Below, piece after piece: positions 1 through 7,950 of a stretch of 55,870 nt of DNA; the first letter of the stretch is position 1, and every line of letters starts with the position of its first letter. Below the pieces are notes generated by a model. The model made no database searches. It was given only the letters and a program-made list of their open reading frames with translations, and was not told where the DNA came from. Origin of the DNA: a virus. Taxonomy: Duplodnaviria; Caudoviricetes. The stretch covers positions 1 to 55,870 of the IMG/VR virus record IMGVR_UViG_3300021961_000124. The stretch is one strand, 5' to 3'. The position numbers and the translations under genes are program-made.

Positions 1-182
1 GCAGGTACATATTCTTTATCTTCGCAGTTATTATCCCAACCGCTAGGCATACCATTATAGCCAATGCTGATAATTCTATCATCTTTTACCACAATCGCAC
101 CTACTTGCAAACGTTTTGCTGAACTTAGTTTTGAAAATCGTTCTGCCACATCCATATAAGCGTCTATAAATTTTTGTTTCAT
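1..182 (-). CDS. dCMP deaminase, N-terminal part (runs off the window)
   Basis: Not in ORF track. Manual translation from ATG at 182: MKQKFIDAYMDVAERFSKLSSAKRLQVGAIVVKDDRIISIGYNGMPSGWDNNCED; VGA..V + GYNG motif of the dCMP deaminase/ComEB family. Confidence 0.9.
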   Translation of the reverse strand, partial: MKQKFIDAYMDVAERFSKLSSAKRLQVGAIVVKDDRIISIGYNGMPSGWDNNCEDKEYVP

Positions 183-201
183 TTAGCAACAAGCCTATAT
201 A

Positions 202-954
202 TCATTCGGGTAAATTGGTATCGTGTGCATCTAATAGATATCGTTTACGAACTCTCATTAATTTTGTCCATCCTTTGAATGACATAAACATTGATTGTAC
301 TATTGAGCTATGTCGAAGGTGTGTACTTTGCCGGATATTTCCAGTTCTACAATGTACAGTGTTCCTATAAATTGGTACTACTTGGCATAAAGGTTCACCC
401 TGCTTAATCAATGTAGTTACTGGTTCTTTTAACATAATATTAATTGGGCTTTGTAAGGCACCAATATCATGGTCAATTATACCGGGCATTGCTTGCCAAT
501 TCTGATCTTCGTGGTATAACATTGGAAGATATAGTAAACTCCAATCTGGTGCTGTATATGTACGCCATGGATTATCTAATTTTACTGGAGTTCTTACTTT
601 GAATGTCTTCTCCATAAAGTTAGATATTTGTTCAGGGTGGTGAAATCCGTGCTTGTAGGTAGGATCACTATAACGGGCTCTAACTGAACCATCATCCATA
701 GGATATATTTCTATATCACACCAAGCTGGAATTACATAACCTAGTCCAATATATTCACTTATACCAGGACATGCCTTAATTGTTTTTGTACTATCAATCA
801 TATGCTCTTGTTTATTAATAAAAGCAGGCATATTTGAAAATTTTTCAGGAACAAACTCTCTTGCAGGACGGATTGGCGCAAACTTTCTTGCAGCCCAATT
901 ATCTGTTTCAAAATATACTTGATATTTTTTCTTTTTGAAAAGATTCTTAAACAT
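202..954 (-). CDS. conserved phage hypothetical protein (possible dUTPase-like beta fold)
   Basis: Likely start MFKNLF at 954, next to the thyA stop; GYVIPAWCD, PGIID and IKQGEPLCQVVP segments recall a recurrent large-phage family. Confidence 0.6.
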   Translation of the reverse strand: MFKNLFKKKKYQVYFETDNWAARKFAPIRPAREFVPEKFSNMPAFINKQEHMIDSTKTIKACPGISEYIGLGYVIPAWCDIEIYPMDDGSVRARYSDPTYKHGFHHPEQISNFMEKTFKVRTPVKLDNPWRTYTAPDWSLLYLPMLYHEDQNWQAMPGIIDHDIGALQSPINIMLKEPVTTLIKQGEPLCQVVPIYRNTVHCRTGNIRQSTHLRHSSIVQSMFMSFKGWTKLMRVRKRYLLDAHDTNLPE

Positions 955-955
955 A

Positions 956-1822
956 TTATACAGCCATCTCTGCTTTAATACTATCCATTGGATTGTAATC
1001 AATTAATTTATATTGGCTAGGTGTAGTTTTTACAAGTTCTACAAGGTCTTTAAATTTGGGCATTTCAAGTTGAGGTAATTCTCTTGGTTCTCTTGAAATT
1101 TGTTCTTTAACCTGTTCAAAATGATTTTGATAGATATGACAGTCACCGCCAGTCCAGATAAATTCGCCAACTTTAACTTGCAAAAGCTGAGCAAACATGT
1201 GAGTCAGCAAGCTATAACTAGCAATATTAAATGGTACACCTAAGAACATATCAGCACTACGTTGATATAGTTGGCAACTTAATTCACCATTGTGGATATG
1301 AAATTGAAACAGTGTGTGACATGGAGGTAGAGCCATTACATTTACACGATCAGCATTCCATGCACTAACAATATGTCTGCGACTGCTTGGGTTGTAGTAC
1401 ATGTTTTCTAGTACTTCTGCAATTTGATCAACAAACCCAATTTGTGCATCCCATGTACGCCATTGATGACCGTAAACAGGACCTAAATCTTTTTCAGTAT
1501 CAGTATTTGTGTAACCTAATGCTTTTGCCTGATTGTCAGCATTAGCGGTCCAAATAGTAGTCTTGCCTACTAGCTCTTCTCTAGGTTTACCATAGTGTAT
1601 TTCTGCAAGTCTGCGCTCGTCGCTTGATCCTTCAAGCATCCATAGTAGCTCGCTTACTACACTTTTCCATGCTAATTTCTTAGTAGTAACTGCTGGAAAT
1701 CCTTTGCGTAGATCAAAACGCATTTGGTAACCAAACACACAACGAGTTCCTACACCAGTCCTATCGTCAGCATCCTTGCCGTTTTCTAAAATATATTTTA
1801 GTGCATCAATATATTGCTTCAT
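956..1822 (-). CDS. thyA: thymidylate synthase
   Basis: DRTGVGT, LGPVYGHQWR, catalytic MALPPCH, YQRSAD and PFN motifs; start MKQY at 1822 overlaps the DHFR stop. Confidence 0.97.
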   Translation of the reverse strand: MKQYIDALKYILENGKDADDRTGVGTRCVFGYQMRFDLRKGFPAVTTKKLAWKSVVSELLWMLEGSSDERRLAEIHYGKPREELVGKTTIWTANADNQAKALGYTNTDTEKDLGPVYGHQWRTWDAQIGFVDQIAEVLENMYYNPSSRRHIVSAWNADRVNVMALPPCHTLFQFHIHNGELSCQLYQRSADMFLGVPFNIASYSLLTHMFAQLLQVKVGEFIWTGGDCHIYQNHFEQVKEQISREPRELPQLEMPKFKDLVELVKTTPSQYKLIDYNPMDSIKAEMAV

Positions 1823-2307
1823 TTTTGTTTCTTCCAAATTTGAAACATAACACCCGGATGTACCTCTTGACTATCTAGTGTAAATTTATCTTCAATATTG
1901 TCTAAAGATAAAAACGTATCACAATCATAATCACCCGGTATACGACTTAAATAAAATTCATCAATAATATCTAAAGTTTGATTAACAATTTTAGGTCCCC
2001 CAATAATCCAAGTAATGAGACCTCTGTGTTCTTCTGCCACATCTTTAACCCATTGATTAAGATCTCCCTGAATGTAATCGTGTGCTCCTGGATAATCGTT
2101 GGGTCTTGTTGTAACTAAAATATTCTTACGTTTGGGCAATGGACGGGGCATATGAGGATCCTCCCAAGTAGTGGATCCCATAATAACAACGTGCCCTGCG
2201 GTATTATTTTTAAACCACTGCAAATCTGTACTGTTATGTGACCAAGGTAATGTTCCATTCCTGCTAACACCACCACGATCGTCACAGGCTAATATTGCTT
2301 TAATCAC
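1819..2307 (-). CDS. folA: dihydrofolate reductase
   Basis: [29 protein letters not shown] and CDTF motifs; probable GTG start at 2307. Confidence 0.93.
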   Translation of the reverse strand: MIKAILACDDRGGVSRNGTLPWSHNSTDLQWFKNNTAGHVVIMGSTTWEDPHMPRPLPKRKNILVTTRPNDYPGAHDYIQGDLNQWVKDVAEEHRGLITWIIGGPKIVNQTLDIIDEFYLSRIPGDYDCDTFLSLDNIEDKFTLDSQEVHPGVMFQIWKKQK

Positions 2308-2644
2308 CTTGTCCTGGCTCCTCTGAAAAATGATTCTCAAACTTTTCCGGTACACCATCCCACTCAGATGCGTCTTCAGGAGGTGTACCTTTTTGTGTTA
2401 TATTTGGCCAGATTAAGCTATACTTTTGATTAATTCCAAACCATTTGTCTTTTTCAACTCCTAAAAATGCGTCTGAAAGTATTGCACCAGGGCCGCATTC
2501 TGGTTCGCAAACGCCGCAATCGATGCACTCGTCTGGATTAATTACTAGAAAGTTCTTACCTTCATAAAAGCAATCTACTGGACAAACTTCAACGCAATCC
2601 ATATTTTTACATTTAATACAGTTATCAGTTACTAGATATGTCAT
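2300..2644 (-). CDS. fdxA: 7Fe ferredoxin (FdxA family)
   Basis: [29 protein letters not shown]...[16 protein letters not shown], the proteobacterial FdxA signature, with a WPNIT C-terminal domain. Confidence 0.93.
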   Translation of the reverse strand: MTYLVTDNCIKCKNMDCVEVCPVDCFYEGKNFLVINPDECIDCGVCEPECGPGAILSDAFLGVEKDKWFGINQKYSLIWPNITQKGTPPEDASEWDGVPEKFENHFSEEPGQGD

Positions 2645-2645
2645 T

Positions 2646-3560
2646 TTATAGCCTTGATAGACGAATTAGTGTTGCAGCTAAATTAATTTCAGCATCTACA
2701 ACTAACGTATGATCTACTAATCCTTGTTTAATAATTAATACTGCTTGGTCTTGTTTTTCGTTGTCACCGAACATGTTAATGTTATCATAAAGCCAACGAT
2801 ATATTTCTTCCATTTCTTCTGGTCTAACTGTGCCACATAATAGCTTACGTGCTTCTTGAATTTTACCAGCTTTAAATAATTCTACCATTGCTAGTTTCCA
2901 GTCAGCTTCGTTTTTATCATTTTTATCAGGTGTATTTAAACTACTGTTAATAACATTTTGCTGTAACATGTTAATGCACTTACGTAAGTCTGGATATGTT
3001 GCTTTTACGTATGTGTCTAACGTATCTAGTTCAAACTGAATGTTTTCTTCAAGTAAAATGGTTGCTACTCTAGCAGTGAATTCAGTTTGGTCTACTTTAG
3101 CAATATGAAATCCCTGACAACGACTATGTATTGCTGGAATAATTCTATTTGGATAGTTGCAAGTTAAAATAAAACGTGCTGTAGTATGATACTCTTCCAT
3201 AACACCGCGTAAAATTGCTTGTGCATTTGGTGTTAGATAATCTGCTTCGTCTAACAATACAACCTTAAAGTTTCCAAATGGAATCATTTGGACAAAACTA
3301 GTAATCTTGTCACGTATTGTGTCTGCATTGTTTTCGCGACTAGCATTGATTTCCATTATATCTAATGGATTAATATCTAGCTCATTAAACAAAATTTTAG
3401 CAAGGGTAGTTTTACCAATGCCAGCATTACCGCTAAACAACAGATGTGGAATGGTTTGTTCTTTAATCCAAGAAGTTATTTGTTTTTTCTGTGCTTCATC
3501 ACGAAAAACATATCCTTCTACCGTCTTTGGACGCCATTTTTCTACCCATAGTTCTTTCAT
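2646..3560 (-). CDS. sliding-clamp loader ATPase subunit (gp44/RFC small subunit-like)
   Basis: WVEKWRP, Walker [12 protein letters not shown], Walker B LLDEAD and SRC motifs. Confidence 0.95.
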   Translation of the reverse strand: MKELWVEKWRPKTVEGYVFRDEAQKKQITSWIKEQTIPHLLFSGNAGIGKTTLAKILFNELDINPLDIMEINASRENNADTIRDKITSFVQMIPFGNFKVVLLDEADYLTPNAQAILRGVMEEYHTTARFILTCNYPNRIIPAIHSRCQGFHIAKVDQTEFTARVATILLEENIQFELDTLDTYVKATYPDLRKCINMLQQNVINSSLNTPDKNDKNEADWKLAMVELFKAGKIQEARKLLCGTVRPEEMEEIYRWLYDNINMFGDNEKQDQAVLIIKQGLVDHTLVVDAEINLAATLIRLSRL

Positions 3561-3748
3561 TCTTCACCTTCATCAGAGTCAACTTCTGTTTCTTTTTGTT
3601 TTGGTTTCGGCCTACCATAATAGTTTTTATATTCAATTTCACTTCTTTGTCCGTACGGAATTTTTTGAATTATACCACCGTTTTTGATAAATTCTGCAAC
3701 TGCATCTGTAGTCTCTTCTTGATCTTTGGGAACTGGATTCATGCTCAT
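3557..3748 (-). CDS. small protein, possible SutA-like RNA-polymerase-binding domain
   Basis: 63 aa; AVAEFIKNGGIIQKIP resembles the EF.xxGG.I/V motif of the SutA C-terminus (from memory); acidic tail. Confidence 0.45.
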   Translation of the reverse strand: MSMNPVPKDQEETTDAVAEFIKNGGIIQKIPYGQRSEIEYKNYYGRPKPKQKETEVDSDEGEE

Positions 3749-4281
3749 TTTTTAACTCCTAACTCATTGTATGCTACTTGTACTGATTTAGCCTGAAAGT
3801 AGGCATCTGCAAGTGCGTTGTGAAGATTTGTTTGCATAGCTTTGCGTGGATCAACTTTGCACAAACTAAACAATGTTCGACTATCCTTTACTTGCCAGAA
3901 GTTATAAGGTATAGGTAGTTCTAGTGATCGATACATGTTTTCAACAATAGTAAGGTCAAAACCGTATCCGTGACCCCAAATAGTATCAACACCAACAAAC
4001 CAACGATTGAGCTGTTTTAATGCTTCTTCAACTGTAATAGCGCCGGCCTGATCAAACGCTTCTTCCATTGCTTTAGGATCTTGTTCCGACCACCATTTAA
4101 TAGTGGCATCAGACGTAGTTCTTCCTAAATGATCCTGATCGTCTATATCAATTTTAAAGTATATTTCGTCGTAGGGTTCATCATTGCTAAACGGGTTAAA
4201 TTTTACTGCCCCAAGACTTAGCACAGTTGAACTTGGACGAGTGTCCAAAGTTTCGAGGTCAATCATACCGTGGATTGCCAT
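3745..4281 (-). CDS. 3'-5' DEDD exonuclease (DexA/Rv2179c-like)
   Basis: MIDLETL, WGHG..FD, D.RT and HNALADA motifs; start MAIHG at 4281. Confidence 0.88.
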   Translation of the reverse strand: MAIHGMIDLETLDTRPSSTVLSLGAVKFNPFSNDEPYDEIYFKIDIDDQDHLGRTTSDATIKWWSEQDPKAMEEAFDQAGAITVEEALKQLNRWFVGVDTIWGHGYGFDLTIVENMYRSLELPIPYNFWQVKDSRTLFSLCKVDPRKAMQTNLHNALADAYFQAKSVQVAYNELGVKK

Positions 4282-4282
4282 A

Positions 4283-4450
4283 TTAATTTTTCCTATTTTC
4301 TTGTCCAATGCCAGAAACAATTAAAAACACATACAGGATTGGCCATGCCCAGCCTGTTAAAAAACCTGTAACATGCAAAATCATTAACGTAATGCCAGTA
4401 GCACCAGTTGTTCCAATACCAGTTTTTTGTGGTGGAGTAGGTAATTGCAT
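4283..4450 (-). CDS. 55-aa membrane protein
   Basis: Not in ORF track. MQLPTPPQKTGIGTTGATGITLMILHVTGFLTGWAWPILYVFLIVSGIGQENRKN; AAGGAG RBS 7 nt upstream and its own promoter. Confidence 0.75.
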   Translation of the reverse strand: MQLPTPPQKTGIGTTGATGITLMILHVTGFLTGWAWPILYVFLIVSGIGQENRKN

Positions 4451-4475
4451 AAGAGATCTCCTTAGTTATACTAGT

Positions 4476-4504
4476 ATTATAACACCAGCTAACTAAGGAG
4501 TCAA
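4476..4504 (-). promoter_or_regulatory. sigma70-like promoter embedded in an RBS-sequestering hairpin
   Basis: TTGACT-N17-TATAAT; perfect 11-bp inverted repeat CTCCTTAGTTA (4458-4468 / 4490-4500). Confidence 0.7.
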
Positions 4505-4509
4505 GTAGT

Positions 4510-5184
4510 TTATTCTTTATTGCCGAATAAATTTAGCAACATTTGGAAAAGGTTAATGAAGTTTAGATACAGATTTAATGCAAATTGGATGCCGTATTTA
4601 GGATCGCCGCCTGATTCATAATAAATGTTTTTTGCATTTTGGGTGTCCCAAGCTGTAAGTCCTGTGAAAATTAGTACACCTAGTATACTAATAGTAAACA
4701 TCAAAGCACTACTTGCAAGAAAGATGTTTACAATACTTGCAATAACAATACCAATCAGTCCAATAAACAAAAAACTTCCAAAACTTGTAAGATCACGTTT
4801 TGTGCTATATCCATACAAGCTTGCGCTTGCAAAGGTAGCTGCTGTGATAAAAAATACTTGAGCTATGCTTGCAGCGGTATAAACCGCAAAAACAGTACCA
4901 AGGCTTACGCCCATAACTGCGGTAAATGTGTAATAGAAGTTTCTAATAGACTCGTAACTCCAGTCTCGCCCTGCAAAACTGTAGTATAGAATCATACCAA
5001 GTGGCGCAAAAACAAACAGCCAGAGCAATGACCCCATTGCCTGTAGCGCACCTGTTGAATATGTTAACCATGCAACAATACCACTAATGCCTAAGCCTGC
5101 GGCTGTGTGATTGTACATATTGAGCATAAACTGACGAAGGCCTTCGTCGTATGCTAATTGTGATCTATTTACAATTCTTTCCAT
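4510..5184 (-). CDS. Bax inhibitor-1/YccA family membrane protein
   Basis: About 7 TM helices; YGYSTKRDL, GLTAWDTQ and ALNLYLNFINLF motifs. Confidence 0.92.
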   Translation of the reverse strand: MERIVNRSQLAYDEGLRQFMLNMYNHTAAGLGISGIVAWLTYSTGALQAMGSLLWLFVFAPLGMILYYSFAGRDWSYESIRNFYYTFTAVMGVSLGTVFAVYTAASIAQVFFITAATFASASLYGYSTKRDLTSFGSFLFIGLIGIVIASIVNIFLASSALMFTISILGVLIFTGLTAWDTQNAKNIYYESGGDPKYGIQFALNLYLNFINLFQMLLNLFGNKE

Positions 5185-5195
5185 TTACTTTCCTT

Positions 5196-5591
5196 TCATG
5201 TTGTCTTATGTTCTTCGCAAGGTTCTTTGATGTACTGCTCTAAATTCGGAGGAAGCCATCCTTCCGGTTTAAGTACTTTTCCATCTTCACGCTTGCGAAC
5301 TTTTCTAGTCATAGGATCAATTTTTGCCATATTTGTGTTCATGACTTCTTTCCATGCACATTCGCCACACGCACCTAATGAGTTAATAGCACCAATAGTA
5401 ACAACTAGGATATCAATGAGAGCATCTAGCTGCTCAACCTTGTCATCTGCTGCAACGGCATCTCGAAGCTCACTTACTTCTTCATCAATTAAATCTCTGT
5501 AAAGCTTATATTGTGCTTCGTTGTATATGCCTACACTTTGATCGCAGGCTCTCATAAAGTCTGTTTGGTCTCTAAAAGGATTTGATATCAT
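5196..5591 (-). CDS. MazG-like/PRA-PH all-alpha NTP pyrophosphohydrolase
   Basis: LIDEEVSEL...DALID, EV..NM.K and KREDGKVLKP motifs. Confidence 0.88.
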   Translation of the reverse strand: MISNPFRDQTDFMRACDQSVGIYNEAQYKLYRDLIDEEVSELRDAVAADDKVEQLDALIDILVVTIGAINSLGACGECAWKEVMNTNMAKIDPMTRKVRKREDGKVLKPEGWLPPNLEQYIKEPCEEHKTT

Positions 5592-5719
5592 TTAAAACTC
5601 TTTGAATGTTCGTCTGTTGTGTCTTTTAATTTGCTGCTAAGATAATGTGCTATCACTACGGTCGCAAAGATTGTCGCAGCAATAATTACCTCATATAATC
5701 CATGAAGATCGTAGTTCAT
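5588..5719 (-). CDS. 43-aa single-TM hypothetical protein
   Basis: Not in ORF track. MNYDLHGLYEVIIAATIFATVVIAHYLSSKLKDTTDEHSKSFK fills the gap; its stop overlaps the next ATG (ATGA). Confidence 0.55.
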   Translation of the reverse strand: MNYDLHGLYEVIIAATIFATVVIAHYLSSKLKDTTDEHSKSFK

Positions 5720-5728
5720 CACATTTCC

Positions 5729-6142
5729 TTACAGGTCTAGGTCTGGTCGAACAAATGAACCTGGATCAATAGAAGCAGGACCGTCTGTGTATTCAGCACC
5801 GATTCTTACATCGTTAGGTTTTTCTTCCGAGTACATCAGAATGCTTTCAGCTTCCACCATACGAATTTCTACTTCTCCAGATCCTTCGTCAACTTTCATT
5901 CCTCGTGTCCAACGACCGTGTTCAACAAGTATCCAATCTCCAACATTGTATGCATCTTTGTTTTCAGGACCTTTTGCATGTACACGACCCCATCTAGGAT
6001 AGATACCGCGTGTTTTACCGTCGTCACTACCAATAATAATACCACCTTTAGTTGTTTGTTCACCAAAGTACATATCAACTACTAAAACCCTATTTCTTAT
6101 AGGTCGTAGCTTACCTTTTATAGTATTAAGATTCTGAGCCAT
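5729..6142 (-). CDS. groES: GroES/cpn10 co-chaperonin
   Basis: LRPIRNRVLV, TTKGGIII, V.A.GP and VGD..L motifs. Confidence 0.88.
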   Translation of the reverse strand: MAQNLNTIKGKLRPIRNRVLVVDMYFGEQTTKGGIIIGSDDGKTRGIYPRWGRVHAKGPENKDAYNVGDWILVEHGRWTRGMKVDEGSGEVEIRMVEAESILMYSEEKPNDVRIGAEYTDGPASIDPGSFVRPDLDL

Positions 6143-6489
6143 TAATCACCCTTTTTTACAAAATTGCCTTCGTCGTCCTCAACCCAAAGATCTTCTTCGA
6201 GCATTTCAACTTCTTCAGTAGTTAGCTCTTCTTTTGGAACAACAATTGCTGCTTCTTTTTTACCTGTGTGGCCTCTAGAATCAAGTGGTCTTTTTGAATA
6301 ATGATCCTTGATTATTTCTTCACGCTTTTTAACAATTTGACCGCCTGGCCCTAACTCGTCGCCACGGGCATTTACACGAGCATTTCCTACAGCAGGAGTA
6401 AGCTCATTCTTTTTGCGTAAAAATTCCATATCAATAGGCTTGCCTCTCATTGATCGGTATTGTTTACGTCCGGTTTGCATTTTACTCAT
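6142..6489 (-). CDS. conserved phage hypothetical protein
   Basis: Start MSKMQ after a GGAGG RBS; AVGNARVNARGDELGPGG motif. Confidence 0.7.
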   Translation of the reverse strand: MSKMQTGRKQYRSMRGKPIDMEFLRKKNELTPAVGNARVNARGDELGPGGQIVKKREEIIKDHYSKRPLDSRGHTGKKEAAIVVPKEELTTEEVEMLEEDLWVEDDEGNFVKKGD

Positions 6490-6515
6490 AATAACCTCCT
6501 TAGTTATATTTGTAC

Positions 6516-7049
6516 TTATCTCAAGAACTCTCGCCAATCTAGGCCATATTGAATAGAATTAATGCGATGCACTCCAATCAAATACAGTACATAGCTTGCT
6601 ACAGAGCTACCACGTCCAACACCCCATACAATATTGTTTTCACGCATAAAATCCACAAGATAAATCATATATCGTAATAAGTTAAACATATCACGATTTT
6701 CGTACTCTTTTAATTCTTCCATTACACGTTCAGAAACAGCAGTAGTCCAATAATTGTCTGCTGCTTTTTTTAGAATGTATTTGTATATATCTAAAGTCTT
6801 ATACTCGTCTGGCATAAACCATTCAGAACGTAAAGCTGAATCAAATTGTGTTTTATCAACATCTAAAGGCACATAAGTTGTAAGCTCACTAAGTCCTTGC
6901 TCACGCATTGCAGCATTGAATTTGCTAATTTCTTCATCGGGTGTACATAACACCACATGAACTTTATCTGCATGACCTGAATAGATCATGTCAATAAGGT
7001 CGCGATTAGTGAAGCGGGGTATTCCTAGTTCATCTGTTATCATTAGCAT
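6516..7049 (-). CDS. DnaE (Pol III alpha) palm-region-like fragment
   Basis: ERVMEEL..Y and WGVGRGSSVASYVLYLIG match the DnaE GxGRGS motif; only 177 aa. Confidence 0.8.
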   Translation of the reverse strand: MLMITDELGIPRFTNRDLIDMIYSGHADKVHVVLCTPDEEISKFNAAMREQGLSELTTYVPLDVDKTQFDSALRSEWFMPDEYKTLDIYKYILKKAADNYWTTAVSERVMEELKEYENRDMFNLLRYMIYLVDFMRENNIVWGVGRGSSVASYVLYLIGVHRINSIQYGLDWREFLR

Positions 7050-7058
7050 TCTTACAGT

Positions 7059-7298
7059 TTAACTGATGTTAATTAAACTGTCAAGTGAATTATTTGGATC
7101 TTGTTGGTCTTTTAAACGTTGAAACTCTATAGCTCTACGAGTATGAAGTTCTTGTTTATAAATTTCAAGTATATTAACAATTTGTGACTGTACGCTGGTA
7201 TTGTTAGTTTGAAAATATTTGCGCTGGAGATCGTGAATTTTGTTCTCTAGCTCGTGTAGTGTTAAATTGGACAAATTGTCAATTAACGGATTAAGCAT
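7059..7298 (-). CDS. hypothetical protein
   Basis: 79-aa ORF, tightly packed, helical/coiled-coil character. Confidence 0.65.
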   Translation of the reverse strand: MLNPLIDNLSNLTLHELENKIHDLQRKYFQTNNTSVQSQIVNILEIYKQELHTRRAIEFQRLKDQQDPNNSLDSLINIS

Positions 7299-7300
7299 TA

Positions 7301-7915
7301 TTACTCGCTATAAACGCCTTTGTATTCAGCAAAAACAGTTAGTCCCCCATTATACGACCAAAAATCGATGATAACAGGGTTATCTATTCCGTCAACTAGT
7401 AGTGTAGCTGGCCAATTTGGACTTTTCTTAATTACTCCGCCAGATGTGTTAAATGTAACAGTTTTGGCAACATCGTCTGAGCAAGTTAATTCTACAGTTA
7501 GTTTTGCAAGTCTGTTTTCAATATCAGTACTTGGCCAGTTAGATAGAGTAAATGCCAATCCAGCGTTCTCTGTTCCAATGTTTATATTTACACTCTGGTA
7601 ACGGCCGTCTAAAAATGATATTTCAGGATCTACATCAGTTTCATCTAATGTTATTGAAACAACTGTTACTGATCCTTTATTAAAATAAGTTTCTGTGACA
7701 ACTTCTAAACTTGCATCAATGATGTGCGATCCGTTGAAATCGCTATTTTCATCTTTTCTAGCTGCATTATTTTGTAAATCTGTAATTTCTGTTGCTGCAT
7801 AAGAAAAGTTTTGCTTTATAATAGCAAAATTATCACGGAAACCTTGTGTGTCGTTATCTACGCCTGCAACCGGATATGTTGCATCGATAGTACTGCTTGA
7901 TATGCTACTGGCCAT
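7301..7915 (-). CDS. putative virion structural protein
   Basis: N-terminal YPVAG.DND.QGFRDNF motif; TATAAATA late promoter and GAGGA RBS upstream. Confidence 0.7.
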   Translation of the reverse strand: MASSISSSTIDATYPVAGVDNDTQGFRDNFAIIKQNFSYAATEITDLQNNAARKDENSDFNGSHIIDASLEVVTETYFNKGSVTVVSITLDETDVDPEISFLDGRYQSVNINIGTENAGLAFTLSNWPSTDIENRLAKLTVELTCSDDVAKTVTFNTSGGVIKKSPNWPATLLVDGIDNPVIIDFWSYNGGLTVFAEYKGVYSE

Positions 7916-7938
7916 TTTTTATCCTCATTAGTTAACTA

Positions 7939-7946
7939 TATTTATA
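7939..7946 (-). promoter_or_regulatory. T4-type late promoter TATAAATA
   Basis: Exact T4 late consensus 23 nt upstream of a structural gene; TAAATA cores also sit near 11490, 17780, 27460, 39186 and 40374 (-) and 27490, 34062 and 41722 (+). Confidence 0.7.
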
Positions 7947-7950
7947 CACT

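Noticed and set aside
956-1822. Group I intron or intein in thyA (also checked ligase and clamp loader)
   Set aside because: The ORFs are continuous and of normal length, with no homing-endonuclease or intein terminal motifs.
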